This document shows positions 1 to 10,938 of a stretch of DNA of 64,000 bases, in pieces (position 1 is the first letter of the stretch; each line of letters begins with the position of its first letter). The position numbers and the translations under genes were made by a program. The notes below the pieces were generated by a model. It ran no database searches and was not told the origin of the DNA. It worked only from the letters and a program-made list of their open reading frames with translations. Source of the stretch: Clostridia bacterium (GTDB lineage: Bacteria > Bacillota > Clostridia > UMGS1883); contig JAZQCM010000001.1 of assembly GCA_045546275.1 (NCBI GenBank), positions 256,142 to 320,141 on the forward strand, written 5' to 3'.

Positions 1-489
1 AATTTTGATTTATGGCCCGATTTATCAAAGGCTGTGCTTGTAATTTTAATGTTTGTCGGCGCTTGTGCCGGAAGCACCGGTGGCGGTATTAAGGTGTCGA
101 GATTTGTAATTTATGCCAAAACAGTGAGAAAGCAATTGTCATCACTTACTCATCCGAGAAGCATAAAAATACTTACTCTTGACAAAAAACCTATCAGCCA
201 TGAAACAATAAGAATTGTAAACGTGTATTTTGCAACATATATTTTTGTTTTTACAATTTCACTTTTGCTTATTCTCATGGAAGGCTTTGACCTTACAACC
301 TCTTTCACTGCAATTTCCGCAACACTTAATAACGTTGGTCCCGGTCTTGCAGGTGTTGGTCCTGCAAGTAACTTTTCAGCGTTCTCACCTTTCGGAAAAA
401 TTGTGCTTTCACTTGATATGTTAGCAGGACGACTTGAAATATTCCCGCTTTTAATTTTCTTCTCCCCTGCAACCTGGCACAGAAAATAA
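1..489 (+). CDS. trkH: Trk/Ktr potassium uptake membrane protein, C-terminal part (runs off the window start)
   Basis: Frame open from base 1 (NFDLWPDLSKAVL...). Motifs GACAGSTGGGIK, TLNNVGPG and MLAGRLEIFP are typical of TrkH. Confidence 0.93.
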   Translation, partial: NFDLWPDLSKAVLVILMFVGACAGSTGGGIKVSRFVIYAKTVRKQLSSLTHPRSIKILTLDKKPISHETIRIVNVYFATYIFVFTISLLLILMEGFDLTTSFTAISATLNNVGPGLAGVGPASNFSAFSPFGKIVLSLDMLAGRLEIFPLLIFFSPATWHRK

Positions 490-505
490 ACAAAAAAATC
501 CTTAC

Positions 506-952
506 TCATAACTGAGTAAGGATTTTTTCTATTAACTGTCTGAAAGTACTTTCAAAGTTTTTGTCATCTTCTTTTGTTCTTTTTGGCACGGAGTTTATTC
601 TTCCGCCGCTTCGCCTTATTTTTTTACCAATATGACGGCTCAAAAGAAGTGAATCAATATTGTCCTTTGTGTATTCTCTGCCGTTCTGGTCAATTGCATA
701 GCACTTTTTTCCCAAAGCCATTGCTGCAACGCCATAATCCTGTGTGACAACAACATCATTTGCCTGAGCTTTATTGATAAGATAAATATCTGCACTGTCA
801 GCGCCCTTATCAACAGTAATTACCGTTGAATAACCATCGTTTATTTCATGGCTGGTATCAACAACCATCAAAACCTCAAGATTAAACGCCTTTGCCACTG
901 ACACTATTATTCCTTTCACAGGACAAGCATCTGCATCAACTAAAATTTTCAT
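506..952 (-). CDS. YaiI/YqxD family (UPF0178/DUF188) protein
   Basis: MKILVDADACPVK, GADSAD and VTQDYGVA motifs; overlaps the amidase stop. Confidence 0.9.
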   Translation of the reverse strand: MKILVDADACPVKGIIVSVAKAFNLEVLMVVDTSHEINDGYSTVITVDKGADSADIYLINKAQANDVVVTQDYGVAAMALGKKCYAIDQNGREYTKDNIDSLLLSRHIGKKIRRSGGRINSVPKRTKEDDKNFESTFRQLIEKILTQL

Positions 953-2394
953 AATAGCTTCAATGCCTCCATAATGCCATCACTAATTGCATTGGCAACT
1001 GCTTGTCTTCCATTTTCGCTGTTTAAGTACGCACGGTCTTTTTCGTTTGTAATAAAACCGCCCTCTGTCAAAATTGCAGGCATCTTTGTGTTTTTAAGCA
1101 CATACAAGGAGGAGCCATCCTGTACGCCTCGCTTTGTCATGTTGGTGTACTTAACAATTTTATCATAAACAATGGATGCAATTGCCTTACCTGACTCTGA
1201 TGCACTGTGATAATAAACCTGAGCACCGTCAATTTCCGGTTTGTTTTCCATTGCGTTGCAGTGTATTGATACGTATAAATCGGCGTTTATACTATTGGCC
1301 AGATCAACCCTTTCGGGAAGCGTGGGATAAGTGTCACCACTACGGGTCATAACAACATTAATTCCGGCATTCTTTAATGTTGCACTTACCTTCAATGCAA
1401 TGTCAAGCGTAATATCCTTTTCTCTTGCTTCAGGATATTTAGAGCCATGAGGGTAAATAGCACCGGGGTCTGTTCCACCGTGACCCGGGTCCAATACAAC
1501 CAAAAACTCATTTTCAGGGAACTGGGGGTAAGTAGGTTCTTGCGGAGCATCTGTCTCGGGCATTGAGGGGTCAGTGGGTTCAACAGGATCAGTTTCAAAC
1601 TCTGTATAATCTCTTGTTAAATAAATCTCTACACCGTTTTTTAACTTCAGAACCTCAAAATTAACATTACATAACAAATCCGCAACTATTCTGAATCTGT
1701 CCTCGTGCTGACTGTATCGGATTTTGTTTATAACATTTCCCGATTTATCAATTGAGCCATCCTTAATTCCGATTGTGTCATAAACATCAATTACAAGTCG
1801 TCTCGGATTGCTCATCTGGAATATATTGGGGTTTACAAATTCCTCCATTGCTATAAAAATGCAATCAGCCATATCCTCTTTGGAAAAACTAATTCCGGTT
1901 ATATTTCCTTTTTCTGTATCAGGTGCGGTAATTTTTACGGTACGTGTTTCGTTAATCCATTCAACAACAAAACCAAACTCTTCGGTAACAAATCTTACAG
2001 GTATCATAGTTTTATCGTTGATAATCTTTGGTGCAGGGTCCTCGGGTGCTATAGTGGTTGAATTGTCCCCTACATACACTGTTCTTGAGTCAATCGTTAA
2101 TACAATACGTTCACCTTCATATTCAATAATCACACGCCTTGCATTGTTATCCCAGTTAACAGATGCACCGAGCTTTTCAAAAAACTCACGGGCAGGAACC
2201 ATAGTTCTTCCATTAAGAATAATCGGGGGCATTTCGGTTGTTTCAACAGTATCTCCGTTGACCACAAGAACAATAGGATCCCAGGGATACTCTTCAACCA
2301 ATCCATCATAAACAATTGTAAATGCACTTACATTCACGGTTGAAATTAAAAGTACCACAACAGCTAAAAAGAAAGCTGTCGCTCGTCGCATCAT
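949..2394 (-). CDS. Secreted N-acetylmuramoyl-L-alanine amidase (copper-amine-oxidase-N/stalk domain, AMIN-like domain, Amidase_3)
   Basis: Signal peptide; NGRTMVPAR and KTMIPVRFV stalk motifs; NPRRLVID; catalytic DPGHGG, E, SIHCN, LTEGGF. Confidence 0.9.
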   Translation of the reverse strand: MMRRATAFFLAVVVLLISTVNVSAFTIVYDGLVEEYPWDPIVLVVNGDTVETTEMPPIILNGRTMVPAREFFEKLGASVNWDNNARRVIIEYEGERIVLTIDSRTVYVGDNSTTIAPEDPAPKIINDKTMIPVRFVTEEFGFVVEWINETRTVKITAPDTEKGNITGISFSKEDMADCIFIAMEEFVNPNIFQMSNPRRLVIDVYDTIGIKDGSIDKSGNVINKIRYSQHEDRFRIVADLLCNVNFEVLKLKNGVEIYLTRDYTEFETDPVEPTDPSMPETDAPQEPTYPQFPENEFLVVLDPGHGGTDPGAIYPHGSKYPEAREKDITLDIALKVSATLKNAGINVVMTRSGDTYPTLPERVDLANSINADLYVSIHCNAMENKPEIDGAQVYYHSASESGKAIASIVYDKIVKYTNMTKRGVQDGSSLYVLKNTKMPAILTEGGFITNEKDRAYLNSENGRQAVANAISDGIMEALKLL

Positions 2395-2411
2395 ATCACC
2401 TCCAATTAACT

Positions 2412-2438
2412 ATTCGACTTTTTATGCAAATTTCCTTT
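2412..2438 (-). promoter_or_regulatory. Putative sigma-H-type promoter of the amidase gene
   Basis: Minus strand AAAGGAAAT-N11-GTCGAAT matches the B. subtilis sigmaH consensus (RNAGGAWWW-N11/12-RNNGAAT), just upstream of a GGAGG RBS. Confidence 0.55.
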
Positions 2439-2464
2439 ATAATAAGCCATTTTGTAACATAACC

Positions 2465-3484
2465 TTAATATAGGCTTGTTTGCCCATCTTTAGGTGCAAT
2501 GTTGTAATGCTCGTATGCCATTCTTGTGGCAACTCTTCCACGAGGCGTTCTGTTCAAAAAGCCAAGCTGTAAAAGATAAGGTTCGTATACATCTTCAATC
2601 GTCCTGCTGTCTTCGCCGATAGTTGCAGCTAATGTGTCAAGACCAACAGGGCCTCCGTCAAAGGAAATCATAATAGATGTCATCATTTTCTTGTCAATTG
2701 CATCAAGTCCCAAGGGGTCGATTTCAAGAAGATTCAATGCTTCATCAGCACAGCCTTTTGAAATAACGCTTTCACGATTAACCTGCGCATAGTCTCTTAC
2801 TCTCTTTAAAAGCCTGTTTGCAATTCTCGGTGTACCTCGTGAACGGGATGCTATTTCTACTGCTCCATCCTCATCAATCTCAATACCAAGAATTTTACTG
2901 CTTCTCTTTACAATTCGTGAAAGGTCATAAGTGTTATAAAGCTCAAGTCGCTCAATAACACCAAATCTGTCTCTTAGCGGTGCGGACAAAAGTCCCGCTT
3001 TTGTGGTTGCGCCTACTAAAGTGAAGGGCTGCAAGCTAAGTCTTACACTTTGTGCACTGGGACCCTTACCAACAATAATATCCAGCGAAAAGTCTTCCAT
3101 TGCCGAGTAAAGAATTTCTTCCACTGTTCTTGAAAGACGATGTATTTCATCAATGAATAATATGTCCTGAGGGCCAAGATTCGTAAGAATTGCCGCCATA
3201 TCCATTGGCTTTTCAATGGCTGGACCACTTGTGATTTTAAGGTTTACCCCCATTTCGTTGGCTATAATGCCTGCCAAAGTGGTTTTTCCAAGACCGGGAG
3301 GACCATACAAAAGAGTGTGATCCAGCGCCTCTCGCCTTTCAAGTGCAGCCTTTATATAAATTTCCAAGGTTTGCTTTACCTTGTCCTGCCCCACATATTC
3401 ATCCATAGTTTTAGGCCTGATGCCAACTTCGGCATCGTCACCCATGAGCATGTTTGGCGAAATCATTCTATCATCAAATTCCAT
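2465..3484 (-). CDS. ruvB: Holliday junction branch migration ATPase RuvB
   Basis: [34 protein letters not shown]. Confidence 0.98.
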   Translation of the reverse strand: MEFDDRMISPNMLMGDDAEVGIRPKTMDEYVGQDKVKQTLEIYIKAALERREALDHTLLYGPPGLGKTTLAGIIANEMGVNLKITSGPAIEKPMDMAAILTNLGPQDILFIDEIHRLSRTVEEILYSAMEDFSLDIIVGKGPSAQSVRLSLQPFTLVGATTKAGLLSAPLRDRFGVIERLELYNTYDLSRIVKRSSKILGIEIDEDGAVEIASRSRGTPRIANRLLKRVRDYAQVNRESVISKGCADEALNLLEIDPLGLDAIDKKMMTSIMISFDGGPVGLDTLAATIGEDSRTIEDVYEPYLLQLGFLNRTPRGRVATRMAYEHYNIAPKDGQTSLY

Positions 3485-4070
3485 TGCTTAACCTCCTTAA
3501 TGCTTCCTTGATAATCTCTTCCGTTGTAAGATTTTCACCTGAAATCTGCATAACAGTTTTCTGTGCTTCGCTCGGTGAGCATCCCAATGCAATAAGTGCG
3601 TTAACCGCGCTTGAATCGGTGCTTGGACGATAAACATTAGCCTGGGGCGAGGTTGATACAATTTCTTCATTGTCGACCTTGCCTTTAAGCTCAAGAACGA
3701 TTCTTTGTGCCATTTTAGGGCCAATACCCTTTGCTTTTCCGATAGTTTTTGCATCAGAGGAAATTATTGCAAGTGCAAGGTCATTGGTTGTAAGTGCCGA
3801 AAGCAGTGAAACTGCCGCTTTGGGTCCAACACCCGAAACACTTATTAATCTTTTAAAATATGTTATGGAATCCTCGTTGGAAAAACCAAACAGCTCCATA
3901 ATGTCTTCACGGACATAAAGATAGGTATACACTGTAACATCTGTTCCAACTTCAGGAAGCTTATTAATGTCAAGTGTAGGCATGATAACAGAAAAGCCGA
4001 CACCATTAACATCTATAATTGCACCTGTTTCATCAACTTTTACAAGCTGTCCTCTTAAAAAGGATATCAT
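3474..4070 (-). CDS. ruvA: Holliday junction binding protein RuvA
   Basis: [35 protein letters not shown]. Confidence 0.97.
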   Translation of the reverse strand: MISFLRGQLVKVDETGAIIDVNGVGFSVIMPTLDINKLPEVGTDVTVYTYLYVREDIMELFGFSNEDSITYFKRLISVSGVGPKAAVSLLSALTTNDLALAIISSDAKTIGKAKGIGPKMAQRIVLELKGKVDNEEIVSTSPQANVYRPSTDSSAVNALIALGCSPSEAQKTVMQISGENLTTEEIIKEALRRLSNGI

Positions 4071-4576
4071 ATTCTGTTACCTCCTAATAATCTTTCAATA
4101 CTGTTAAATCTCACGCTGTTGCCGTGGCATATTGCAATTGCAAGTGCGTCGGCAGTATCGTCGGGCTTTGGAACTTCGCTTAAACCTAAAAAGGATTTCA
4201 CCATTTGCTGAATTTGCTTTTTATCAGCTCTTCCGTAGCCTGTCAAAGCCTGTTTTACCTGAAGCGGAGTATACTCATAAAACGGCACGTTCTTTTGCTT
4301 TGCCGCCAACAAAATAACACCTCGTGCCTGTCCTACGGAAAAGGCGGTTTTCGCATTATTATTAAAGAATAATTCCTCAACTGCCATTGCATCAGGCTTA
4401 TATGTATCAATAAGCTCTATTGTTTTATTATACACTATTTCCAGCCTGTCTTCAAGTGGTGTGTGTGCTTTTGTAATTATAGAATCATAATACACGGGAA
4501 TGTATTTATTGCCCGATTTTTCCACAATTCCGGTACCCACAATGGCTATGCCGGGGTCAATGCCTAAAATTCTCAT
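4067..4576 (-). CDS. ruvC: Crossover junction endodeoxyribonuclease RuvC
   Basis: MRILGIDPG, EYTPLQVK, DDTADALAIA; start taken at ATG 4576 behind GGAG. Confidence 0.97.
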   Translation of the reverse strand: MRILGIDPGIAIVGTGIVEKSGNKYIPVYYDSIITKAHTPLEDRLEIVYNKTIELIDTYKPDAMAVEELFFNNNAKTAFSVGQARGVILLAAKQKNVPFYEYTPLQVKQALTGYGRADKKQIQQMVKSFLGLSEVPKPDDTADALAIAICHGNSVRFNSIERLLGGNRI

Positions 4577-4605
4577 AAAATACTCCAATTTTTCTAAAAA
4601 AAGTG

Positions 4606-4634
4606 TTGATAAATTTTTTAAAGTGATTTATAAT
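4606..4634 (+). promoter_or_regulatory. Sigma-A promoter of argGH
   Basis: TTGATA-17-TATAAT upstream of an AGGAGG RBS. Confidence 0.7.
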
Positions 4635-4701
4635 ATACAGAAGTAATGTATATTTTAAACATATATACATTCATTTTATCACATTTAGGAGGAATTGCAA
4701 T

Positions 4702-5919
4702 ATGTCAAAAGAAAAAATTGTTCTTGCTTATTCCGGCGGCCTCGACACATCTATCATCATTGCCTGGCTCCGTGAAAACTACGACTGCGAAGTAATCGCT
4801 GTTTGTGGTGATGTTGGTCAGGGTAAGGAAACTGACGGTCTCGAAGAAAGAGCGAAGAGATCCGGCGCTTCCAAGTGCTACATCGAGGACTTAAGAGCGG
4901 AATATGTAAGAGATTATATATATCCCACAGTTAAAGCAGGCGCTGTATATGAAGGCAAGTACCTTCTCGGCACAAGCCATGCTCGTCCCGTAATTGCAAA
5001 GAGACTTGTTGAAATCGCACTTAAAGAAGGTGCTACAGCAATTTGCCATGGCGCTACAGGTAAGGGTAACGACCAGGTTCGTTTTGAGCTTACAATCAAA
5101 GCTCTTGCTCCCCACCTCAACATCATTGCTCCCTGGAGAATTTGGGATATTAAGAGCAGAGAAGATGCAGTTGACTATGCAGAAGCTCATGGTATTGAAA
5201 TCCCTGTAACAAAGAAGGACCTTTATTCCAGAGACAGAAACATCTGGCACATCAGCCACGAAGGTATGGACCTTGAAGATCCTGCAAACGAACCTCAGCT
5301 TGATACACTTCTCAAGCTTTCCGTTTCTCCCGAAAAGGCTCCTGATGAACCTACATATGTAACAATCGGTTTTGACAAGGGTGTTCCCGTTACTGTTGAT
5401 GGCGAAGAGCTCGCTCCCGTTGCACTTGTAGAAAAGCTTAATGCTCTTGGCGGTGCAAACGGTATTGGTATTGCAGATATCTGCGAAGACAGACTTGTTG
5501 GCATGAAGTCCCGTGGTGTATATGAAACACCCGGTGGAACAATTCTTCAGTATGCTCATGATGAGCTTGAATATCTTTGCCTTGACCGCGATACACAGGC
5601 GTTCAAGAGACAGGCTGCAATCAAGTTTGCTGAACTTGTTTACGACGGCAAGTGGTTCACACCCCTTCGCCAGGCTCTTTCCGCATTTGTTGACAGCACA
5701 CAGGAAACTGTTACCGGTGAAGTAAAGCTTAAGCTTTACAAGGGTCACATTTCCTCTGCAGGCGCAAAGAGTAAGTATTCTCTCTACAACGAGCAGATTG
5801 CTTCCTTCGGCGACAGCAAGGAACTTTATAACCACAAGGATGCTGAAGGCTTCATTAACCTCTTTGGTCTTCCCTTAAAGGTTAGAGCCATGATGCTTCA
5901 GGAAAACGGCGAACTTTAA
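4702..5919 (+). CDS. argG: Argininosuccinate synthase
   Basis: [33 protein letters not shown]. Confidence 0.98.
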   Translation: MSKEKIVLAYSGGLDTSIIIAWLRENYDCEVIAVCGDVGQGKETDGLEERAKRSGASKCYIEDLRAEYVRDYIYPTVKAGAVYEGKYLLGTSHARPVIAKRLVEIALKEGATAICHGATGKGNDQVRFELTIKALAPHLNIIAPWRIWDIKSREDAVDYAEAHGIEIPVTKKDLYSRDRNIWHISHEGMDLEDPANEPQLDTLLKLSVSPEKAPDEPTYVTIGFDKGVPVTVDGEELAPVALVEKLNALGGANGIGIADICEDRLVGMKSRGVYETPGGTILQYAHDELEYLCLDRDTQAFKRQAAIKFAELVYDGKWFTPLRQALSAFVDSTQETVTGEVKLKLYKGHISSAGAKSKYSLYNEQIASFGDSKELYNHKDAEGFINLFGLPLKVRAMMLQENGEL

Positions 5920-5931
5920 TTTTTAAAACCA

Positions 5932-5956
5932 ATAGGGCGGATTAATTCCGCCCTAT
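5932..5956 (+). terminator. Intercistronic hairpin between argG and argH (weak terminator or mRNA stabiliser)
   Basis: ATAGGGCGGA-ttaat-TCCGCCCTAT with a poor U tract. Confidence 0.5.
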
Positions 5957-5979
5957 ATTATTAACGAGGTGACTACACT

Positions 5980-7356
5980 ATGAAACTTTGGGGCGGAAGA
6001 TTTGAAAAGTCTACCGATAAAAAGGTTGATGATTTTAATTCCTCAATAAGATTTGACCAAAGGCTTTATAAGCAGGATATTACCGGCAGCATTGCTCACG
6101 CAAGAATGCTTGGAAATCAGGGCATAATTTCTAAAGAAGACAGCCTTCTTATTGTTAAAACCTTAGGCGAAATTCTTAAGGATATTGAAGATGGCAAAGT
6201 TAACTTTGAAATTGACGCTGAAGACATCCACATGAATGTTGAAAAAATTCTTATTGAAAGAATTGGCGACACAGGCAAACGTCTTCACACAGGCAGAAGC
6301 CGTAACGACCAGGTTGCTCTTGACATAAGAATGTATGTTAAGGATGAAATTGTTGAAATTAAGGAAATGCTGAAGGCGCTTATCAATGTGCTTATTTCCC
6401 TTGCAAAAGAGCATACAAAAACCATAATGCCCGGTTACACTCATTTACAGAAAGCGCAACCTGTGACATTCGCCCACCATGTTATGGCGTATGTTAATAT
6501 GCTTTTAAGAGATATTGACAGACTTACCGATACATACAGAAGAACAAATGTTATGCCTCTCGGAAGCGGAGCATTGGCAGGCACAACACATCCCTTGGAC
6601 CGTGAAGCCGTAAAAGACGAGCTCGGATTTATGTCCGTTACAACAAACTCTCTTGACGGTGTTTCTGACCGTGATTTTGCAATTGAGCTTGCAAGTGACC
6701 TTTCGCTTATTATGATGCATCTTTCACGTTTTTCTGAAGAGCTTATTATCTGGAGTAGTAACGAATTCCGTTTTGTAACAATGGATGACAGCTACAGTAC
6801 CGGCTCCTCTATTATGCCTCAAAAGAAAAATCCTGACGTTGCAGAGCTCATCCGCGGCAAAACAGGTCGTGTGTACGGCTCATTGGTTGCTCTTTTAACA
6901 GTAATGAAGGGTATTCCTCTCGCCTACAACAAGGACATGCAAGAGGATAAGGAATCTTTGTTTGATGCAATTGATACTGTTAAGCTTTGTGTCCCCGTGT
7001 TTACAGGCATGGTAGAGACAATGCGTGTAAATAAAGAAACAATGCTTCAGGGCGCAAAGGGTGGCTTTTCAAATGCAACAGATGTGGCAGATTACCTTGT
7101 AAAGAAGTCTGTTCCTTTCCGCGAAGCACATGCAATTGTTGGCAGAATGGTTCTTTTTGCAGAAAAGAGCGGCAAGGCTTTGGATGACCTTACAATGGCT
7201 GAAATGAAGGAATGCAGCGAGTTTATTGAAGAAGATATTTACGATGCTATAAGCATGACAGCCTGCGTTGAAGGCAGAAGCCTTATTGGCGGACCTGCAG
7301 AAAGTGCAGTTTTAAATTCAATTAAAATAGCAGAAGAAACTCTTGAAAACTATTAA
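5980..7356 (+). CDS. argH: Argininosuccinate lyase
   Basis: [36 protein letters not shown]. Confidence 0.98.
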   Translation: MKLWGGRFEKSTDKKVDDFNSSIRFDQRLYKQDITGSIAHARMLGNQGIISKEDSLLIVKTLGEILKDIEDGKVNFEIDAEDIHMNVEKILIERIGDTGKRLHTGRSRNDQVALDIRMYVKDEIVEIKEMLKALINVLISLAKEHTKTIMPGYTHLQKAQPVTFAHHVMAYVNMLLRDIDRLTDTYRRTNVMPLGSGALAGTTHPLDREAVKDELGFMSVTTNSLDGVSDRDFAIELASDLSLIMMHLSRFSEELIIWSSNEFRFVTMDDSYSTGSSIMPQKKNPDVAELIRGKTGRVYGSLVALLTVMKGIPLAYNKDMQEDKESLFDAIDTVKLCVPVFTGMVETMRVNKETMLQGAKGGFSNATDVADYLVKKSVPFREAHAIVGRMVLFAEKSGKALDDLTMAEMKECSEFIEEDIYDAISMTACVEGRSLIGGPAESAVLNSIKIAEETLENY

Positions 7357-7358
7357 TG

Positions 7359-7389
7359 AAAAAGGTGTTGCAAATTGCAACACCTTTTT
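7359..7389. terminator. Bidirectional rho-independent terminator
   Basis: AAAAAGGTGTTGCAA-a-TTGCAACACCTTTTT between convergent genes. Confidence 0.85.
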
Positions 7390-8368
7390 AGTATTTTGTT
7401 TTAACAGGCTTCTTTAGTTCTTCTTTGATTTTTACAACAAAAGCTTCCCCGTTTTTCGCATCAAAGCCATCCTCAATAGCTTTATCCAAAGCGCATTTCA
7501 AATGGACCTGCTCTTTTCGCATACCGAAGCAACAGTTAAGTAAATCAGAAAGTGCACATACATAGGAAGCCAAAGTGGGCACCTCGTTGTTAAAACACAT
7601 ATTTGCACAAAATGACCTTACTTCATACACAGGAAACTTATCTGCATAGAAAAAATACGCCATAAAATCCTTTCCCAAAAGGTTTTTATAAACCGAATAA
7701 ATAGAATCCATTGTGCTTAATGATGTGTAAATTGTGTCAATTGTAGTTGGATTTGCAAAAATTTCACTTAGCATTTCCCAAGATTTATACCTGTATAAAT
7801 GAAAATTTGGTAACGGCAGAATATAGCTTTCAAAATATCTGTAGAACAAATCTTTTGAAAATTCGTTTTCACTATCCTCAACAAAGCACATTCTGCGTCT
7901 TCGTTTTTCGCTCATGGTGCAAATTGCTTTTACAACATCCATTGCAGTTTGTGTTGAACAAACACGTGTTTCAAAACATCCGTCAAGACTTTTCTCACCG
8001 TCACGCATTTTAAAACCGCCATCAAAATACGAGGCAATGCACACATCAAGCATTGAAAACTTGCCTGAGCCTTTAATTTTTAAACATTTAATGTTGTTAT
8101 TGAGATTAAAGGCAATTTCTTCGTTCGTATATTCAATGTCCTTTAAAATGTCCGACAGATCACATGTTAACAAAGCATCGCAGCTTTTAATTAATTTCAA
8201 AGCTTCGCCGGTTAGTTCATAACCAAAGCTTTCCCTGTTGCCTAATGGAATTTCTATAACGTCGAGCTTTATTCTGAACCTGGCTCTGATTGCCTTAATA
8301 AGCTTTATAACAAGACCTGTTGCAACATAGCTTTCACCGGTTCCGCGTATAATACCAATTACAGGCAC
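7388..8368 (-). CDS. Highly divergent isocitrate/3-isopropylmalate dehydrogenase-fold protein lacking most catalytic residues
   Basis: Colinear with LeuB by eye (IGIIRGTG ~ IAVLPGDG; KRRRRMCFVED ~ KRRKKVTSVDK; NPTTIDTIYT ~ NPKQFDVIVT). GTG start abuts the ABC-F stop, with a GAGGAGG RBS. Confidence 0.65.
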   Translation of the reverse strand: MPVIGIIRGTGESYVATGLVIKLIKAIRARFRIKLDVIEIPLGNRESFGYELTGEALKLIKSCDALLTCDLSDILKDIEYTNEEIAFNLNNNIKCLKIKGSGKFSMLDVCIASYFDGGFKMRDGEKSLDGCFETRVCSTQTAMDVVKAICTMSEKRRRRMCFVEDSENEFSKDLFYRYFESYILPLPNFHLYRYKSWEMLSEIFANPTTIDTIYTSLSTMDSIYSVYKNLLGKDFMAYFFYADKFPVYEVRSFCANMCFNNEVPTLASYVCALSDLLNCCFGMRKEQVHLKCALDKAIEDGFDAKNGEAFVVKIKEELKKPVKTKY

Positions 8369-10264
8369 TTATTCTTCCTCCTCAGAAAGCTGTTCCCATT
8401 CTTCCATGTATTCAAGAAGCTTTTCGTTAAGATTATCAAGTTCACCGTTTAATTCAATAATCTTTTCATAGTCGCTTCCGCATTCGTTTATACTTTCGGA
8501 AACAGATGAAATTTTTTCTTCGGTTTCATTTATAATCTCTTCAAGCTTAAGAATTCTGTTTGCCCTGATGCGCTTGTTCCTCTCGCGTTCCTTCTGCGCT
8601 TTATAATCGTTGATTTTTTCGGCTTTAGGCTGCGAAATTTCTCGGATTGGAGCTTCGGCGTTGCCTTTTTTCTCAAGGTATTCATCATAGGAGCAAACAT
8701 ATTCATTAATTGTACCGTTTTCAAAAACATAAAGCTTATCTGCAAGCTTATTAATAAGATAACGGTCATGGCTTATTACAAAAACAGTTCCGCCAAATTC
8801 TTCAATTGCGTCCTCAAGTGCTTCACGGGATGCAAGGTCGAGATGGTTTGTAGGTTCATCCAGCAAAATAAAATTTGACCCCTTAAGCATTAAGCACAAT
8901 AAGTCAATCCTTGCTTTTTCTCCACCTGAAAGCATATCCGTTTCTTTAAAAACCTCATCCCCGGTAAACAAAAACGCCGCAAGAGCATTTCTAACCTGGG
9001 TCTGAGTCATTTTTGGATATCTGTCCCAAACCTCGTCAATAATGGTTTTTCCGCCTTTTATATCACTTCGGGTCTGATCGTAATAGCCGCATTCAATATT
9101 AGAACCGAATTTTACACTACCAAAATCTGCAACTTCGTCACCCTTGATTACCTTGTAAAAGGTTGATTTTCCGCAGCCATTAGGACCCAGTACAAAAACG
9201 CACTCCTTCTTCTTCAATAAAAGATTTACGTTTTCAAAAAGCTTTTTGTCACCATAGCGTTTTGCAAGGTCCTTTATTATCATAACATCGTTTCCGCCTT
9301 CAAGAGTGGTGGTAAACTTAAACTTTACTCTTTCATCATTTGTTACAGGCTTCTCAAGGGTCTTTTCAAGCTTATCAAGAACCTTTTGCTTGCTTTCGGC
9401 GGTTTTAATATTCTTTTCACGATTCCATCGTTTTTGCTGTTCAATCATGCCTTCAAGACGATGAATTTCTTTCATAGTATTATCGTATTTTTTCAAAGCC
9501 GCATCGTAGGAGGCTTTTTTCTTTTGAGCAAAAACGCTGTAATTTCCGTCATATTGGGTCAATTTTTCATTTTCAAGCTCAAAAGTACGATTTGTAACCT
9601 TGTCCAGAAAATATCTGTCATGGCTTATTACAATAAAAGCCTTATTGCAATCTTTGAGGAAGTTTTCCAAAAAGACTATGGCTTCAATATCAAGATGGTT
9701 AGTAGGTTCATCCAATAGAAGAAGGTTTGCTTCCGACAACAAAACCTTTGCCAGTGCCAAACGTGTTCTTTGTCCGCCGGATAATTCAGAAAGCTTGTTA
9801 TACATTTCCTTTTCAGAAAAACCAAGCCCCAAAATCATAGAACGACATTTTGACTTGTACACAAGACCGCCTTTGTCAATATACTCATTGTTAAGCCTTT
9901 CCTGAGCATTTATAAGACTTTCAGCATTTTCGGGATGGTTTTCAATTTGTATACGGATGTCCTCTATCTTTTTTTCAAGCTCTTCAAGATGTGAAAACAC
10001 AGTCATAACGTAGCCGTAAGCATCGGTTGAAGCATCCTCGGGTGGGGTCTGCTCCATGTAACCGATTTTAAGCTGGTTATTACGATTTATTTCACCACTA
10101 TAGCCTTCTTCATCACAAATAACGCGAAAAAGAGTGGTTTTTCCCACTCCGTTCGCGCCAATTAAACCAATTTTTGATTTTTCATCAATATTAAAACTAA
10201 TTTTTGTAAACAAATCCCTTTCGCCAAAGGATTTTGAAAGATTTGTAACTGTAAGTAAATTCAT
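8369..10264 (-). CDS. ABC-F family ribosome-associated ATPase
   Basis: Two ABC domains (GANGVGKT/LSGGQ/LDEPTNHLD and GPNGCGKS/LSGGE/LDEPTNHLD), no TM segments, C-terminal coiled coil. Confidence 0.95.
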   Translation of the reverse strand: MNLLTVTNLSKSFGERDLFTKISFNIDEKSKIGLIGANGVGKTTLFRVICDEEGYSGEINRNNQLKIGYMEQTPPEDASTDAYGYVMTVFSHLEELEKKIEDIRIQIENHPENAESLINAQERLNNEYIDKGGLVYKSKCRSMILGLGFSEKEMYNKLSELSGGQRTRLALAKVLLSEANLLLLDEPTNHLDIEAIVFLENFLKDCNKAFIVISHDRYFLDKVTNRTFELENEKLTQYDGNYSVFAQKKKASYDAALKKYDNTMKEIHRLEGMIEQQKRWNREKNIKTAESKQKVLDKLEKTLEKPVTNDERVKFKFTTTLEGGNDVMIIKDLAKRYGDKKLFENVNLLLKKKECVFVLGPNGCGKSTFYKVIKGDEVADFGSVKFGSNIECGYYDQTRSDIKGGKTIIDEVWDRYPKMTQTQVRNALAAFLFTGDEVFKETDMLSGGEKARIDLLCLMLKGSNFILLDEPTNHLDLASREALEDAIEEFGGTVFVISHDRYLINKLADKLYVFENGTINEYVCSYDEYLEKKGNAEAPIREISQPKAEKINDYKAQKERERNKRIRANRILKLEEIINETEEKISSVSESINECGSDYEKIIELNGELDNLNEKLLEYMEEWEQLSEEEE

Positions 10265-10274
10265 AGTACCAACC

Positions 10275-10928
10275 TTAAATCGTCTTGAAAAACTCTATCA
10301 TTTCTTTTTCACCATCGGCAATGTATTCAGGATTTTCCGAAAGTGCTGCTTCTTTTGTACCAAAGCCGTAACTAACCCACAGTGCATCAACATTATTTTT
10401 ATGTGCACCGATTATGTCAAACTCGGTATCGCCAACCATAAGAACCTTTTTCCCTTTTATGAGTTCACTATTTAAAACATGTGCTATTATATCTGCTTTT
10501 TTAATCAACGTACCATCAAAGGTCGCTCCCTGGATAACGTCAAAATATCCAAAAAGCCCTGCTTCTTTTAAAATATGAATTGCCATTGGCTCAGGCTTAC
10601 TTGTGGCTATTGCGACAAGTATTCCCTTTTCTTTTAAAAGCTTTAAGGAATTTTCAACCTCAGGATAAATCACGAATTTATTGATTCCTTCTGAATGGTA
10701 CTGTTTTCGGAAATCAAGAACCATTTTGTCAGCCATTTCTTTGGATACGTTACAATATTTTTCAAAGCTGTCATTTAACGGAGGACCAATAAACCTATCC
10801 ATTTCCTTATCTGTCATTAAAGGAAGATTATTTACGCCGAATGCATAAACAAGTCCTTCTTTAATACCTGGAGAAGTATCTGCAATAGTTCCGTCAAAAT
10901 CAAAAAGTACAGCATCATATTTTGCCAT
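10275..10928 (-). CDS. HAD-superfamily hydrolase (phosphoglycolate phosphatase/5'-nucleotidase-like)
   Basis: FDFDGT, ATSK, MVGDTEFD motifs. Confidence 0.9.
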   Translation of the reverse strand: MAKYDAVLFDFDGTIADTSPGIKEGLVYAFGVNNLPLMTDKEMDRFIGPPLNDSFEKYCNVSKEMADKMVLDFRKQYHSEGINKFVIYPEVENSLKLLKEKGILVAIATSKPEPMAIHILKEAGLFGYFDVIQGATFDGTLIKKADIIAHVLNSELIKGKKVLMVGDTEFDIIGAHKNNVDALWVSYGFGTKEAALSENPEYIADGEKEMIEFFKTI

Positions 10929-10938
10929 TTAATCACCA

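Noticed and set aside
4577-4701. LexA (Cheo) box upstream of ruvC, also sought upstream of radA
   Set aside because: No GAAC-N4-GTTC match seen.
4891-5835. 314-aa antisense ORF inside argG
   Set aside because: Mirror-frame shadow of a strongly codon-biased gene; no RBS or recognisable motifs.
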